64,000 nt of DNA from Spirochaetota bacterium (lineage in GTDB: Bacteria > Spirochaetota > Brevinematia > DTOW01). The stretch covers positions 37,185 to 101,184 of the forward strand of contig JANXAC010000002.1 in NCBI GenBank assembly GCA_025061835.1. The letters run 5' to 3'. The notes below the pieces were generated by a model. It was not told the origin of the DNA. It was given only the letters and a program-made list of their open reading frames with translations, and did no database searches. This document shows, in pieces, positions 62,744 through 64,000 of the stretch (positions are counted from its first letter, which is position 1; every line of letters begins with the position of its first letter). Made by a program: the position numbers and the translations under genes.

Positions 62744-64000
62744 ATGATTGAGATATTATTAGCGTGTTTCATAAATTATTCCGTTTTCACAATATATTCT
62801 CTTCTGATAACTCTGGTAGAAAGGAAGAAACTGTTAGGTTTCCTACAAGAGTTATCAATATTCCTAATCTTTATTTCTCTTCTTATGGCGACCTTGTTAA
62901 AGATCCTTAATCTTCAGGTATTTCTATATGATTTACTCATATATCTATCAGCATTTTTATCGTTGATTATCCTTAATATCAGACTTGCTGATTACATAAG
63001 AACTAAAAAGTTTTACAAATACAAAACAATTAATCTTTTAAGATTGCTACTAGTTTATTCATCCGTAGCTGCTGTTATCTTAGTAGTAGTTTCAATAGTC
63101 TTTCTAGATGATTTATCATTCAAAAATCTACTCATAGTCCTAATAATACTCGCATCATCTATATCAATATTCTCAATAATATATTTGAAGATAACTAATG
63201 AAATATCAAGATTAAAGATTTTTGAAGATCTTTCACTAATAATTCCACTCTTAGTATCAGTTGTTTTGGATCTATATAGGGTTGATAGTGAAATATTTAT
63301 ATCCTTCATTCCATTTTCAATATCACCAATACTTCGTTCTGTTGTATCTTCTATCTCACCACTATCATACAATCAGGAGATCAGAGTCAAGATACTTGCC
63401 TTATTTTTAAGCGCGTCTCTTACGGTCCTTCCAATTCTGTATATTAGCATAATATCCTTAGTCAATTTATATGCATCTCACCAATTATTGGTCATTTCAA
63501 GTTTTTTTGTACTCATGTTATCGGCACTTATATCGGTAGTGATATACAAACTAATCCTTAACAAGATTAATGATGTTTTGACTAAATTTGTGAGAATGAA
63601 TATAAGTAGTATAAGAGAAGAAGAAGTATCTTCGTTGACGGTAGGAGAGTTAGTCAATAGACTTCAAAAATTCATTGAGAGGTTTTTTGGTAGGAACATA
63701 GTGGAGCTATACACTTTTAGTAGCTTTGAGAAAACATTGAACCCATTTGTAGTGCTGGATGGTGATAAGGGCTTTGTGGAATCAGCAAAGAATTTTAAAC
63801 TTACAGATAAAGACTTAAATATTCTAGTTTCAAGGTTTCACAAATTCTTCACAAAGGATAATGTTGAAAGTCCTGAATTCTTCAAAAAGTCTGATAACGA
63901 TATTCTGATACCTATTACCTATCAAGGTGAGCTTAAATTTGTATTGACCATAAGGTTATCTGATAGATTTGAGATAAATAGAGCAGTGAAGACTTTCCTA
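62744..64000 (+). CDS. polytopic membrane protein with cytoplasmic C-terminal domain (possible sensor); 3'-truncated by window edge
   Basis: Own translation: ATG 62744 (AGGTGA RBS 4 nt upstream) opens a frame with no stop through base 64000 (419 codons); first ~230 residues are mostly hydrophobic segments. Not in the ORF track because it has no stop in the window. Confidence 0.45.
   Translation, partial: MIEILLACFINYSVFTIYSLLITLVERKKLLGFLQELSIFLIFISLLMATLLKILNLQVFLYDLLIYLSAFLSLIILNIRLADYIRTKKFYKYKTINLLRLLLVYSSVAAVILVVVSIVFLDDLSFKNLLIVLIILASSISIFSIIYLKITNEISRLKIFEDLSLIIPLLVSVVLDLYRVDSEIFISFIPFSISPILRSVVSSISPLSYNQEIRVKILALFLSASLTVLPILYISIISLVNLYASHQLLVISSFFVLMLSALISVVIYKLILNKINDVLTKFVRMNISSIREEEVSSLTVGELVNRLQKFIERFFGRNIVELYTFSSFEKTLNPFVVLDGDKGFVESAKNFKLTDKDLNILVSRFHKFFTKDNVESPEFFKKSDNDILIPITYQGELKFVLTIRLSDRFEINRAVKTFL

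Noticed and set aside
63055-63372. 105-aa minus-strand ORF
   Set aside because: Lies entirely within the 419-codon plus-strand open frame starting at 62744, which has an RBS.

Overview
64-kb, visibly AT-rich bacterial chromosomal window, densely coding on both strands: about 58 protein-coding genes, one tRNA, no rRNA, no CRISPR array, no recognisable transposase or integrase. All functional calls are from motifs read by eye in the supplied translations or my own translation; no database search was run, and coordinates of small motifs may be off by a base or two. Recognisable housekeeping genes: copA-type Cu P-type ATPase, murF, priA, ruvB, prp, tuf-rpsJ-rplC, tRNA-Ser(UGA), rpmI, eno, leuS, argS, htpX, ispD, asd, purN, rtcB, scpA. 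Less ordinary content: (1) a restriction-modification-like locus where the presumed nuclease frame carries one in-frame TAG directly upstream of an intact SPPY DNA methyltransferase; (2) a sigma-54 two-component module (NtrC-type activator, candidate -24/-12 promoter, secreted glycine-rich target gene, convergent histidine kinase); (3) an 822-aa CoADR-rhodanese-TusA-DsrE fusion; (4) FliD-like and FlgM-like flagellar-type genes; (5) several tightly packed operons of proteins with no motif I can name; (6) a membrane nucleotide-cyclase-like gene coupled to murF with a nearby metallophosphoesterase. Ribosomal-protein gene context is fragmented: the S10 cluster stops after rplC at a tRNA and strand switch, rpmI lacks infC/rplT, prp lacks rplU/rpmA. 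The supplied longest-ORF starts are often 4-18 codons too long because an upstream in-frame ATG/TTG sits inside the GGAGG ribosome-binding site; I corrected these where the sequence shows it.
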